Part shown: piece after piece, positions 1-6,178 of the stretch | Numbering within the stretch: the first letter of the stretch is position 1 | Layout of the letters: every line of letters starts with the position of its first letter | DNA from: a virus | Lineage: Duplodnaviria > Heunggongvirae > Uroviricota > Caudoviricetes | DNA length: 8,918 nucleotides | Direction: 5' to 3' (one strand) | Virus record (IMG/VR): IMGVR_UViG_2534682329_000008 | Position numbers and translations under genes: made by a program | Notes under the pieces: model-generated | Told to the model about the DNA's origin: nothing | The model's database searches: none | What the model saw: only the letters and a program-made list of their open reading frames with translations

Positions 1-336
1 CGCTGGCTGTTTTACGCGTATGACAGGATACGGAGGACAGTTGTGGCGTACGTTTTCGGTGAACGCACTCTGGCCACACTGGAGCGTCTTCTGAGCCTGC
101 TGTCGGCCTTTGAGGTCGTGGTATGGATGACGGATGGCTGGCCGCTGTATGAATCACGCCTGAAGGGAAAGCTGCACGTTATCAGCAAGCGTTACACTCA
201 GCGCATTGAGCGACATAATCTGAATCTGAGACAACATCTGGCAAGGCTGGGACGGAAGTCGCTGTCGTTCTCAAAATCGGTGGAGCTGCATGACAAGGTC
301 ATCGGGCATTATCTGAACATAAAACACTATCAGTAA
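1..336 (+). CDS. insB: IS1 transposase InsB, C-terminal part (5' end truncated by the window edge)
   Basis: Open frame from nt 1 with no in-frame start needed; the ORF-track start at 43 is only an internal GTG. Protein matches the IS1 InsB C-terminus from memory; stop TAA at 334-336. Confidence 0.85.
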   Translation, partial: RWLFYAYDRIRRTVVAYVFGERTLATLERLLSLLSAFEVVVWMTDGWPLYESRLKGKLHVISKRYTQRIERHNLNLRQHLARLGRKSLSFSKSVELHDKVIGHYLNIKHYQ

Positions 337-351
337 GTTGGAGTCACTACC
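1..351 (+). mobile_element. IS1 insertion sequence, right-hand ~350 bp (left part lies outside the window)
   Basis: Frame from position 1 translates to the InsB C-terminal region (…RWLFYAYD…VFGERT…[69 protein letters not shown]). The sequence then ends in the characteristic IS1 terminus …AAGTTGGAGTCACTACC at ~340-351. Junction position is uncertain by 1-2 bp. Confidence 0.9.
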
Positions 352-829
352 GTTTTTTCTTCCATGATAATTTAACCCGACTTGACTTTATCTCGCTTTC
401 TTCATTTGCCCTTTGTGCTATAAGTATGGCTTTTATTAATGAATATGGCTCATTCAAAGAGTCAATATTATAGACTGTATTGTCGCAAAGAGTTATAACA
501 TCAATACCGTGATTCAAAATCAATTTCAGACGTTCAATCGCTTCACCGACTTTTTCTCTTGAAAGTCTGTCCAGACTTTCAACTAACAATGTAGTTCCTG
601 GCAATATATAACCATGCTCTATAGCATCTAAAAATTCCGAAAAAGCTCCTGATTGTGCATGCTTTCCTTTGAATGCACTTAATCCTAAATCTTCATATGT
701 TATGGTATCAAGATAATAATCACTATTTACCTTTAACCATTCAGCAATAAGTCTTCTCTGTCGGTTTAATGAGTCGCCAGACATCTGACCTGGTGATGAA
801 AATCGCATATATGCTATGGCTTTTTTCAT
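352..829 (-). pseudogene. ybcK: Large serine recombinase (YbcK-like, DLP12 prophage recombinase), 3'-truncated by the IS1 insertion; only the ~160-aa N-terminal resolvase-type catalytic domain remains
   Basis: Translation MKKAIAYMRFSSPGQMSGDSLNRQRR… is a typical serine-recombinase N-terminus (catalytic Ser in the RFSS motif). The frame runs straight into the IS1 terminus and stops at 347-349 inside IS1. From memory the intact K-12 homologue is ~500 aa. The region is AT-rich. Confidence 0.8.
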
Positions 830-1014
830 GGTGACACCTGCTAACGTATGCTTTTATAAACCTTAGTGGTGGGATATAATTTTTGTTTATTTTTTATTTA
901 AAAAGACAATTAAGGTCACATTATCTTGAATATACAACAATAATCGTATTGCAATTTTCTTACGCCATAATCTTGAAAGCACAAAAGAATACATAAAAAA
1001 TAAAGACATTAACA

Positions 1015-1053
1015 AAAAGCATAAAACGAGGCTCATATAAATATAAGAGCCTC
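1015..1053 (-). terminator. Putative intrinsic terminator downstream of emrE
   Basis: Inverted repeat GAGGCTC (1028-1034) / GAGCCTC (1047-1053) with a 12-nt loop, followed on the minus strand by a U-rich tract (GUUUUAUGCUUUUU). The loop is long, so strength is uncertain. Confidence 0.4.
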
Positions 1054-1083
1054 CATATTTTAGTCGTTTAGAAACAAATTATT

Positions 1084-1416
1084 TTAATGTGGTGTGCTTC
1101 GTGACAATAAATTAATAATCAACACACCGGCACAAATCAACATCATGCCTATAATGGCTGGCAGGTCCAGCCGTTGGCCGAAAAATCCCCATGACAGTAA
1201 GCTAATCAGGACAATACCGACTCCTGACCAGATAGCATAAGCAATCCCTGTAGGAATATAAGCCAGCGTCTGAGCTAATAACCAGAATGATGCACAATAA
1301 CAAATAATTGTACCAACAGATGGCCATAACCGTGTAAAACCTTCTGAAAACTTCATTAAGGTTGTACCAATGACCTCTGCAAGTATTGCACCACCAAGAT
1401 AAATATAAGGGTTCAT
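1084..1416 (-). CDS. emrE: Small multidrug resistance (SMR) efflux transporter EmrE, 110 aa
   Basis: Translation from the internal ATG (1416) is MNPYIYLGGAILAEVIGTTLMKFSEGF…LLSRSTPH, matching E. coli EmrE from memory, with four predicted TM helices and the conserved Glu14 (…AILAEVIG…). SD AGGAAA lies ~6 nt upstream. The ORF-track start at 1470 is an unsupported N-terminal extension. Confidence 0.95.
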   Translation of the reverse strand: MNPYIYLGGAILAEVIGTTLMKFSEGFTRLWPSVGTIICYCASFWLLAQTLAYIPTGIAYAIWSGVGIVLISLLSWGFFGQRLDLPAIIGMMLICAGVLIINLLSRSTPH

Positions 1417-1483
1417 AGCATATTCTTTCCTGTTCAAACTGGAGAGAATTGTACTACAGTTTGAACTCAACTCACCTGTTTCA

Positions 1484-1786
1484 TCATTGTGTTCCCATTG
1501 ATGTTCTTTTATATACCCTCAATACCCGTTTCATCGCGGCACTCTGGCGACACTCCTTAAAAATCAGATTCGTGCTCACCTTTCCTTCCCGTTCTTCTCT
1601 GGTAGCGAACCGGTAATACACCGTTCGCCAGACCTTACCATCAACGACCAGGATTCCTGCCCGTGCCATTTTAGCCGCGGCCTGATTTATGCTGGTTACT
1701 GTTGCGCCTGTTAGCGCGGCAACGTCCGGCGCACAGAAGCTATTATGCGTCCCCAGGTAATGAATAATTGCCTCTTTGCCCGTCAT
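1484..1786 (-). CDS. ren: Ren-like protein (lambda ren homologue)
   Basis: MTGKEAIIHYLGTHNSFCAPDVAALTGATVTSINQAAAKMARAG… matches lambda Ren from memory. It sits immediately downstream of P with an ATGA start/stop overlap, as in lambda. Confidence 0.88.
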   Translation of the reverse strand: MTGKEAIIHYLGTHNSFCAPDVAALTGATVTSINQAAAKMARAGILVVDGKVWRTVYYRFATREEREGKVSTNLIFKECRQSAAMKRVLRVYKRTSMGTQ

Positions 1787-2484
1787 ACACTTGCTCCTTT
1801 CAGTCCGAACTTAGCTTTAATTTCTGCGATCTTCGCCAGAGCCTGTGCACGATTTAGAGGTCTACCGCCCATAACAGGAAGTTGTTTTACTGGTTCAGGT
1901 ATCGTCTCACCACGGTTAATTCGCGCTGTCATACAGGTCAGTTCATCGGCAGCCTTGCGCCGTAATTCCGCGTCAGTCAGCGCATTGGCCCGCATGTTCT
2001 GGTACAAGTTGGTAACCAACCAGTAGTGCGCGTTTGATTTCCATGGATAAGACTCTGCGTCCGGATACAGGCCACGCTTCCGGCAATACTCGTAAACCAT
2101 ATCAACCAGCTCGCTGGCGTTTGGCAGCCCGGCGGTAACGGATGTTTCTTCCCGGCACCAGGCAACAAACTGCCCGGGTGATGGCAGGAATGGTCGATTC
2201 TGCCGACGGGCTACGCGCATTCCTGCGTTAACCTGTTCCATTGTGGTGATCCCGTTTTCCCGGAAAGCCAGCACCCACTGGCGGCGGATTTCGTTCAGTT
2301 CGTTCTGGTCCCGGTTAGCCAGGCTCGCCGGGAAAGTTGCCAGTAACTGGCTGAACACACCATTGATGATCTGCGCTACCAGCTGTACCTGCGGCTTTTC
2401 GTCGTACTGTTCCGGCATGTTATTGGCGATCCGACGCATCTGCTCACGGTCAAAGTTAACCATCTGTGCGGCGATGTTTTTCAT
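1783..2484 (-). CDS. P: Replication protein P (DnaB helicase loader), 233 aa
   Basis: MKNIAAQMVNFDREQMRRIANNMPEQYDEKPQVQ…AEIKAKFGLKGASV is near-identical to lambda P from memory, with the same length. Translationally coupled to O (ATGA overlap at 2481-2484). Confidence 0.95.
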   Translation of the reverse strand: MKNIAAQMVNFDREQMRRIANNMPEQYDEKPQVQLVAQIINGVFSQLLATFPASLANRDQNELNEIRRQWVLAFRENGITTMEQVNAGMRVARRQNRPFLPSPGQFVAWCREETSVTAGLPNASELVDMVYEYCRKRGLYPDAESYPWKSNAHYWLVTNLYQNMRANALTDAELRRKAADELTCMTARINRGETIPEPVKQLPVMGGRPLNRAQALAKIAEIKAKFGLKGASV

Positions 2485-3410
2485 AAATCCACCCCATAAA
2501 TCCAGTCAGTGTTTGTCAGGTCGAGTTTTGGTTTGCCGGATGTCACGCCAGCCTGTTGCTTGTTTCGGTTGATTTCGAGCTGGGTCCACTTGTCGCGGAG
2601 TTTGGCCGGACTCAGCACGTTACCGGACCAGAAGTTGTCCTGGCATGCCCAGCGGAACAGCACGCACATGTCGCGGTGGTTACGTCCGTCACGTTCACGC
2701 ATCAGGCGGATATCGTTAGCCCACCCTGCAAAATTCGGTTTTCTGGCTGATGGCGCGATGGTCTTCACCATGTCAAACATCCACTCTGCGGCGGTCAGGT
2801 CTTCTGCTGTCCCCCACTTGCTGCCACTCTGAATTGCAGCATCCGGTTTCACCACAGGAAGGTCGTTTTCTGGCTGGTCAGAGGATTCGCCAGAATTCTC
2901 GGACGAAAAAGGTTTTATATTGTCTTTTGTTAGTTTGTCTTTTGTGTTTACCTGATTCGGGTAAACGCCTTTACCTGATTTGGGTAAACTTTTCTTACCT
3001 GATTCAGGTAAATTTACCTCTTTCAGGTAAACTTTATTTTTCTTACCTGATTCGGGTAATGTTGACCATTCACTGACCACATTATTAATGCCGATATTTC
3101 GCCCGCTCTGAATAAGAATCCCACGCTTTACCAGAACGCTTTTTGCAGCAGAACACTTGTGCGGCAATATCCCGGTCAATTCGGAAAGTTGCTCGTTGCT
3201 CACCCAATCCAGTCTTTTATTAAAGCCATATGTTTTGCGCATGACAGCCAGGAAGACCAGAAGCTGGTGCTGTGTTAATCCGGCCAGCATCACAGCTTCC
3301 AGCAACTCATTTGCAATGCGCGTATAACCATCATCGAGATCTGCCACGCGCGGCTCCTTTTGTGCCGCATCCGGCACTGGAAAATTGAATATCTCAGCAG
3401 TGTTTGCCAT
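2481..3410 (-). CDS. O: Replication initiator protein O (hybrid: non-lambda N-terminal iteron-binding domain, lambda-type C-terminal P-interaction domain)
   Basis: C-terminal ~110 aa (…EDLTAAEWMFDMVKTIAPSARKPNFAGWANDIRLMRERDGRNHRDMCVLFRWACQDNFWSGNVLSPAKLRDKWTQLEINRNKQQAGV…LDLTNTDWIYGVDL) match lambda O from memory. The N-terminal domain is only lambda-like in outline (ADLDDGY…RKTYGFNK). Start chosen at ATG 3410, preceded by a strong SD GGGAGGAATT; the longer track ORF to 3500 is judged an artefact. Iterons lie inside the gene. Confidence 0.9.
   Translation of the reverse strand: MANTAEIFNFPVPDAAQKEPRVADLDDGYTRIANELLEAVMLAGLTQHQLLVFLAVMRKTYGFNKRLDWVSNEQLSELTGILPHKCSAAKSVLVKRGILIQSGRNIGINNVVSEWSTLPESGKKNKVYLKEVNLPESGKKSLPKSGKGVYPNQVNTKDKLTKDNIKPFSSENSGESSDQPENDLPVVKPDAAIQSGSKWGTAEDLTAAEWMFDMVKTIAPSARKPNFAGWANDIRLMRERDGRNHRDMCVLFRWACQDNFWSGNVLSPAKLRDKWTQLEINRNKQQAGVTSGKPKLDLTNTDWIYGVDL
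2921..3070 (-). repeat. Origin of replication (ori-lambda type): five ~18-bp iterons plus an adjacent AT-rich region, embedded in the O coding sequence
   Basis: Five copies of the dyad TTACCTGATTCGGGTAA and variants at ~2958-2976, 2981-2999, 3005-3022, 3024-3042 and 3053-3070. In the O direction they are followed by the AT-rich tract 2921-2957 (GGTTTTATATTGTCTTTTGTTAGTTTGTCTTTTGTG). They encode the repetitive peptide …LPESGKK…LPESGKKSLPKSGK…. Confidence 0.8.
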
Positions 3411-3496
3411 AATTCCTCCCGCAATGAGTGTGTTACGATTTGCACCTGAAAGTCGGTTCTGTTCGCGCAGACCGGCTTTCGCCATTTCCGAACCTG

Positions 3497-4042
3497 TCAT
3501 ATTGCCCCCAGCATGGTGGTGACCATCGCCATCAGTGGACCAGCCAAATCCGGGTCCACACGAAACATCGACACAATGCCTTCACTCATCTCCTTCAGTT
3601 TCTGGTGGCGTGGTGCGTTGAGAATGACAGCCTGTTTTGCCTCACTGAGTTCCTTTTCCATTTCAGCCAGCCGAGCCATGTAGCTATCCTGCTCAACCAG
3701 GTGGCCGCGATATTCCAGCGGTAGTACCGCCAGAATTGCCGGGGTCAGTTCACGCACGTTATTTCGGTATTTTTCAGAATCGAATTTGTTATCGAGGAAG
3801 CGGAACAGCTTCTGGCGTGCACGGCTGACATCATCAGGGAAATCGATGGTGCCGCCGCCCTGCTCCCGATACTCATTCACAATGAGTGCGGCAACAACAT
3901 CCTGATTATCTGCAGCCGACCAGGCGCGAACGGCATCACGGATTTTTTCGTGGCCTGGCGCCTGTTTTGTTTGAGAACGATTTATCACCGCAGTCGGGCT
4001 AAATCCGCTAGTCTGTTGGTATGTAAGTGGTTGCATAGTCAT
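3497..4042 (-). CDS. Hypothetical protein in the cII position, downstream of cro; YdaT-like (my assignment is tentative)
   Basis: 181-aa ORF with no recognisable similarity to lambda CII. Its position between the cro-like gene and O, together with a YdaS-type Cro, is the arrangement seen with YdaT-family proteins in Rac-like prophages. Family assignment is from memory of the architecture only. Confidence 0.55.
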   Translation of the reverse strand: MTMQPLTYQQTSGFSPTAVINRSQTKQAPGHEKIRDAVRAWSAADNQDVVAALIVNEYREQGGGTIDFPDDVSRARQKLFRFLDNKFDSEKYRNNVRELTPAILAVLPLEYRGHLVEQDSYMARLAEMEKELSEAKQAVILNAPRHQKLKEMSEGIVSMFRVDPDLAGPLMAMVTTMLGAI

Positions 4043-4066
4043 TGCCTTATCAGTTAACGCCGCAGT

Positions 4067-4294
4067 TTAGGCGGCAGAATTACTCGCGTTAAACAATGGT
4101 GCGAGGTCGGGACGAATATCTGCTGGTTTAATCTTTCCACCAGTGGCTGAGACAATTTTCATTACATAGCGGGCATCAATTCCGCCACCGTGTAGCCAAC
4201 GCCAAACTGTGGGTTGGGCTACACCGCATAGATCTGCCAGTCGTTTTTGACTACCTGTAATACTGATTGCGAGTTGAATGGTTTGATTTGTCAT
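4067..4294 (-). CDS. Cro-like HTH repressor (YdaS/Cro family), 75 aa
   Basis: HTH motif …GSQKRLADLCGVAQPTVWRWLHGG… and a C-terminal …GGKIKPADIRPDL… typical of the YdaS/Cro-like family. Divergent from the cI-like gene across an operator region. Start taken at ATG 4294, with SD AGGA 8 nt upstream on the minus strand; the track start at 4300 is a TTG two codons upstream. Confidence 0.75.
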   Translation of the reverse strand: MTNQTIQLAISITGSQKRLADLCGVAQPTVWRWLHGGGIDARYVMKIVSATGGKIKPADIRPDLAPLFNASNSAA

Positions 4295-4300
4295 TATCAA

Positions 4301-4404
4301 TTCCTATTGGTATTGCAATGAATAAATAATAGCAATACGTATTAATCCAAGCAATAGCAAAACGTGTTTTGACCATCAATACGCAAGCGTATAAATTAAA
4401 ACTT
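4301..4404. promoter_or_regulatory. OR-like divergent promoter/operator region: PR-like promoter (minus strand) for cro and PRM-like promoter (plus strand) giving a near-leaderless cI mRNA
   Basis: Minus strand: -35 TTGCTT (4349-4354), 17-bp spacer, -10 TATTAT (4326-4331). Plus strand: -35 TTGACC (4369-4374), 15-16 bp spacer, -10 TATAAA/ATAAAT (4390-4396), placing +1 within a few nt of the cI ATG at 4405, which has no SD. The 8-mer AATAGCAA occurs at 4328-4335 and 4353-4360, and ATTGCAAT at 4312-4319. Confidence 0.55.
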
Positions 4405-5097
4405 ATGAAAAAAGAAACTCTTGCTGATCGCTTAAACCTAGCGATGGAACAATCTGGAATGTCTCAAGGCGCTCTTGCAAAGGCGTCTGGCGTAGCTCAA
4501 CCCACAATCTGGAGACTGACAAGCGGCAACGCTCGCGGCTCAACAAAAATTGTTGAAATAGCTAATGCATTGGGTGTTCGAACAGAATGGCTCTCATCAG
4601 GCATAGGCCCGATGAGAAATGACGGTCAACAATCAGGGAAGCCTGCTGTCAGCCATTCAAAATACTTCAAGATTGACGTTCTTGATATAGAAGTGAGTGC
4701 CGGGCCGGGAGTCATCAACCGTGAGTTTGTAGAAGTTCTACGCTCGGTTGAGTACTCGTTTGACGATGCTCGTCACATGTTCGATGGTAGGAAGGCAGAA
4801 AATATCCGCATCATTAACGTACGCGGTGACAGCATGTCAGGAACGATCGAACCAGGTGATCTGCTGTTCGTTGATATCACGGTTAAATCTTTCGACGGTG
4901 ATGGTATCTATGCGTTTCTGTATGACGACACCGCCCATGTAAAGCGCCTGCAAATGATGAAGGATAAGCTACTGGTTATCTCTGATAACAAGAGCTACTC
5001 ACCGTGGGACCCGATCGAGAAAGACGAGATGAACCGGGTATTCATATTCGGTAAGGTTATTGGGAGCATGCCGCAGACGTACAGAAAACACGGATAA
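4405..5097 (+). CDS. cI: cI-like prophage repressor: N-terminal XRE-type HTH plus C-terminal LexA/S24 autopeptidase domain
   Basis: HTH …SQGALAKASGVAQPTIWRLTSG…; a candidate Ala-Gly cleavage site in the linker (EVSAGPG); S24 catalytic motifs …VRGDSMSGTIEPGDLLFVD… (Ser nucleophile) and …AHVKRL… (Lys). Start placed at ATG 4405 (MKKETLADRL…); the track start at 4369 is a TTG that coincides with the promoter -35. Confidence 0.85.
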   Translation: MKKETLADRLNLAMEQSGMSQGALAKASGVAQPTIWRLTSGNARGSTKIVEIANALGVRTEWLSSGIGPMRNDGQQSGKPAVSHSKYFKIDVLDIEVSAGPGVINREFVEVLRSVEYSFDDARHMFDGRKAENIRIINVRGDSMSGTIEPGDLLFVDITVKSFDGDGIYAFLYDDTAHVKRLQMMKDKLLVISDNKSYSPWDPIEKDEMNRVFIFGKVIGSMPQTYRKHG

Positions 5098-5179
5098 TCA
5101 GCCGCGTGTTGATGAGGCTTTTGGGTAATACGCTGAAGAAAATACCTTATAAAAAATAACATTACGGGAAAGGCAAAAA

Positions 5180-5443
5180 ATGAGTAATAAAACACTTGTT
5201 AAAAAATCAAATAACTGTGTCGATGCATACGCCGACGCGTTTGGCTACTCTTCGTTTGGTGACGGCTCTCAGCGCCTAGGTTCAATTTCTTTTTTTCATA
5301 ATGTAACTGAATGGCCTGTTGATGAAAGTGACGATGTTGAGAACATAAAGTACAACATTGCAACCATTAGAATGCCCGAAGAATTGATGCTTAAATTGGC
5401 TGACTTCATTCGCGACCAGCATGACAAAGCTAAAACAAACTAA
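5180..5443 (+). CDS. Hypothetical 87-aa protein, first gene of an immunity-region accessory cassette (moron)
   Basis: ATG with SD (GGGAAAGG) ~6 nt upstream. Markedly AT-rich relative to flanking phage genes. Co-oriented downstream of cI. No family recognised; the C-terminal segment …IATIRMPEELMLKLADFIRDQ… has a beta-strand/helix pattern faintly reminiscent of a ribbon-helix-helix, but is too short to call. Confidence 0.5.
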   Translation: MSNKTLVKKSNNCVDAYADAFGYSSFGDGSQRLGSISFFHNVTEWPVDESDDVENIKYNIATIRMPEELMLKLADFIRDQHDKAKTN

Positions 5444-5455
5444 TCGTAATTAATT

Positions 5456-5899
5456 ATGAAACACGATTATTACGAAGCTCCAAACCTAAATGATAAAATT
5501 GCAAAGGCGGCAAAATCATTTTGTTTGCACTCCAGTGCGTCTTCCCAGCTAGCAGGTATATCTGGAAAAAGATGGGACATGCTACAATCAAGTGGTAGCA
5601 GTGGGTCTGGGAGTGATAACATGCCTGAAAAAGTTGCAAAACTGGAGTCCGATGTTGCTCATATCAAACGAGACGTTGATGAACTTAAAACAGACGTTAA
5701 AGCTATCGACAAAAATATGATAACTATTCTTGCACGTCTGGACTCTATAAAAGAATCCTTAACAAACAAGCCATCAAGTGATGCTGTCGATAGAAAGATT
5801 TCAGACGCAAAGCTTGCGGTATTGCTTGGTGTTCCAGCAATCATCGCTGCAGGAACAGGACTTTATAAGCTATCAATGTACTTTTTCTTTAGTGCTTAA
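5456..5899 (+). CDS. Hypothetical coiled-coil protein with a C-terminal transmembrane anchor (XhlA-like architecture), 147 aa (or 92 aa if translated from the internal ATG at 5621)
   Basis: Heptad-like charged coiled-coil segment (KLESDVAHIKRDVDELKTDVKAIDKNMITILARLDSIKESL), then the hydrophobic stretch LAVLLGVPAIIAAGTGLYKL near the C-terminus. The first ATG at 5456 has no SD, whereas the internal in-frame ATG at 5621 is preceded by GGAG at 5609-5612. AT-rich. Confidence 0.55.
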   Translation: MKHDYYEAPNLNDKIAKAAKSFCLHSSASSQLAGISGKRWDMLQSSGSSGSGSDNMPEKVAKLESDVAHIKRDVDELKTDVKAIDKNMITILARLDSIKESLTNKPSSDAVDRKISDAKLAVLLGVPAIIAAGTGLYKLSMYFFFSA

Positions 5900-5974
5900 G
5901 AAAATGCTCGCACCCTTGCATTAGGTAAAGCGATTTTTCATTCCCCATTACCCTCGCTCTTAACCAATCATCTA

Positions 5975-6003
5975 AACCCGGCCACCGTGCCGGGTTTTCT
6001 TTT
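5975..6003 (+). terminator. Rho-independent terminator ending the cI-orf87-orf147 operon (t_imm analogue)
   Basis: Stem CCCGGC (5977-5982) / GCCGGG (5989-5994), 6-nt loop, followed by TTTTCTTTT (5995-6003). Confidence 0.75.
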
Positions 6004-6089
6004 GCCCTCCCCTCATCACACACCGTTCAAAAAACCACCACGACCTCACTTCAGTTATCGCTATGCGATGCAAGTCACAAAATTAATTC

Positions 6090-6178
6090 TTTTTGCTATC
6101 AAACATTTAATATCAAAACACATCAACTAATAGCAACAAGTATTGATATCACCAATAGCAATAGCTATTATCACCATA
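6090..6178 (+). promoter_or_regulatory. OL/PL-like operator-promoter driving the rightward (plus-strand) early operon towards gam-bet-exo
   Basis: -35 TTGATA (6143-6148), 17-bp spacer, -10 TATTAT (6166-6171). The same AATAGCAA 8-mer as in the OR region occurs at 6129-6136 and 6154-6161, the latter inside the spacer, with a 7/8 inverted copy TTGCTATC at 6093-6100. Confidence 0.55.

Noticed and set aside
1417-1470. 18-codon N-terminal extension of emrE in the track ORF
   Set aside because: The extended form has no support; MNPYIYLGG… from ATG 1416 with an upstream SD is the expected EmrE start.
1745-2572. Plus- and minus-strand ORFs of 63-109 aa overlapping the P and O genes (1745-2026, 1977-2168, 2243-2572)
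   Set aside because: They lie within or antisense to the well-supported, lambda-identical P and O coding sequences, lack RBS, and have no recognisable features; shadow ORFs of a GC-rich coding region.
2958-3070. Tandem direct repeats that could be mistaken for a CRISPR array or a repetitive protein motif
   Set aside because: Repeats are ~18 bp with no spacer/repeat alternation and lie inside a replication-initiator gene next to an AT-rich tract; they are origin iterons.
2509-3076. Plus-strand ORFs antisense to O (2509-2832, 2556-2750, 2750-3076)
   Set aside because: Antisense to the O gene and spanning the iteron repeats; no start context; composition explained by the opposite-strand coding sequence.
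3411-3500. N-terminal extension of O in the six-frame track (start at 3500)
   Set aside because: The internal ATG at 3410 has a strong SD (GGGAGGA) and gives an N-terminus resembling lambda O; the extension would overlap the upstream gene and lacks an RBS.
4748-5195. ORFs inside or antisense to the cI-like gene and its 3' flank (4748-4942 plus, 4995-5195 minus)
   Set aside because: The plus one is out of frame within the S24 peptidase domain coding region; the minus one spans the cI 3' end and the intergenic region with no RBS.
5454-5844. Two 61-aa minus-strand ORFs antisense to the second cassette gene
   Set aside because: AT-rich sequence produces chance ORFs; no RBS; the plus-strand gene has coherent coiled-coil and TM features.
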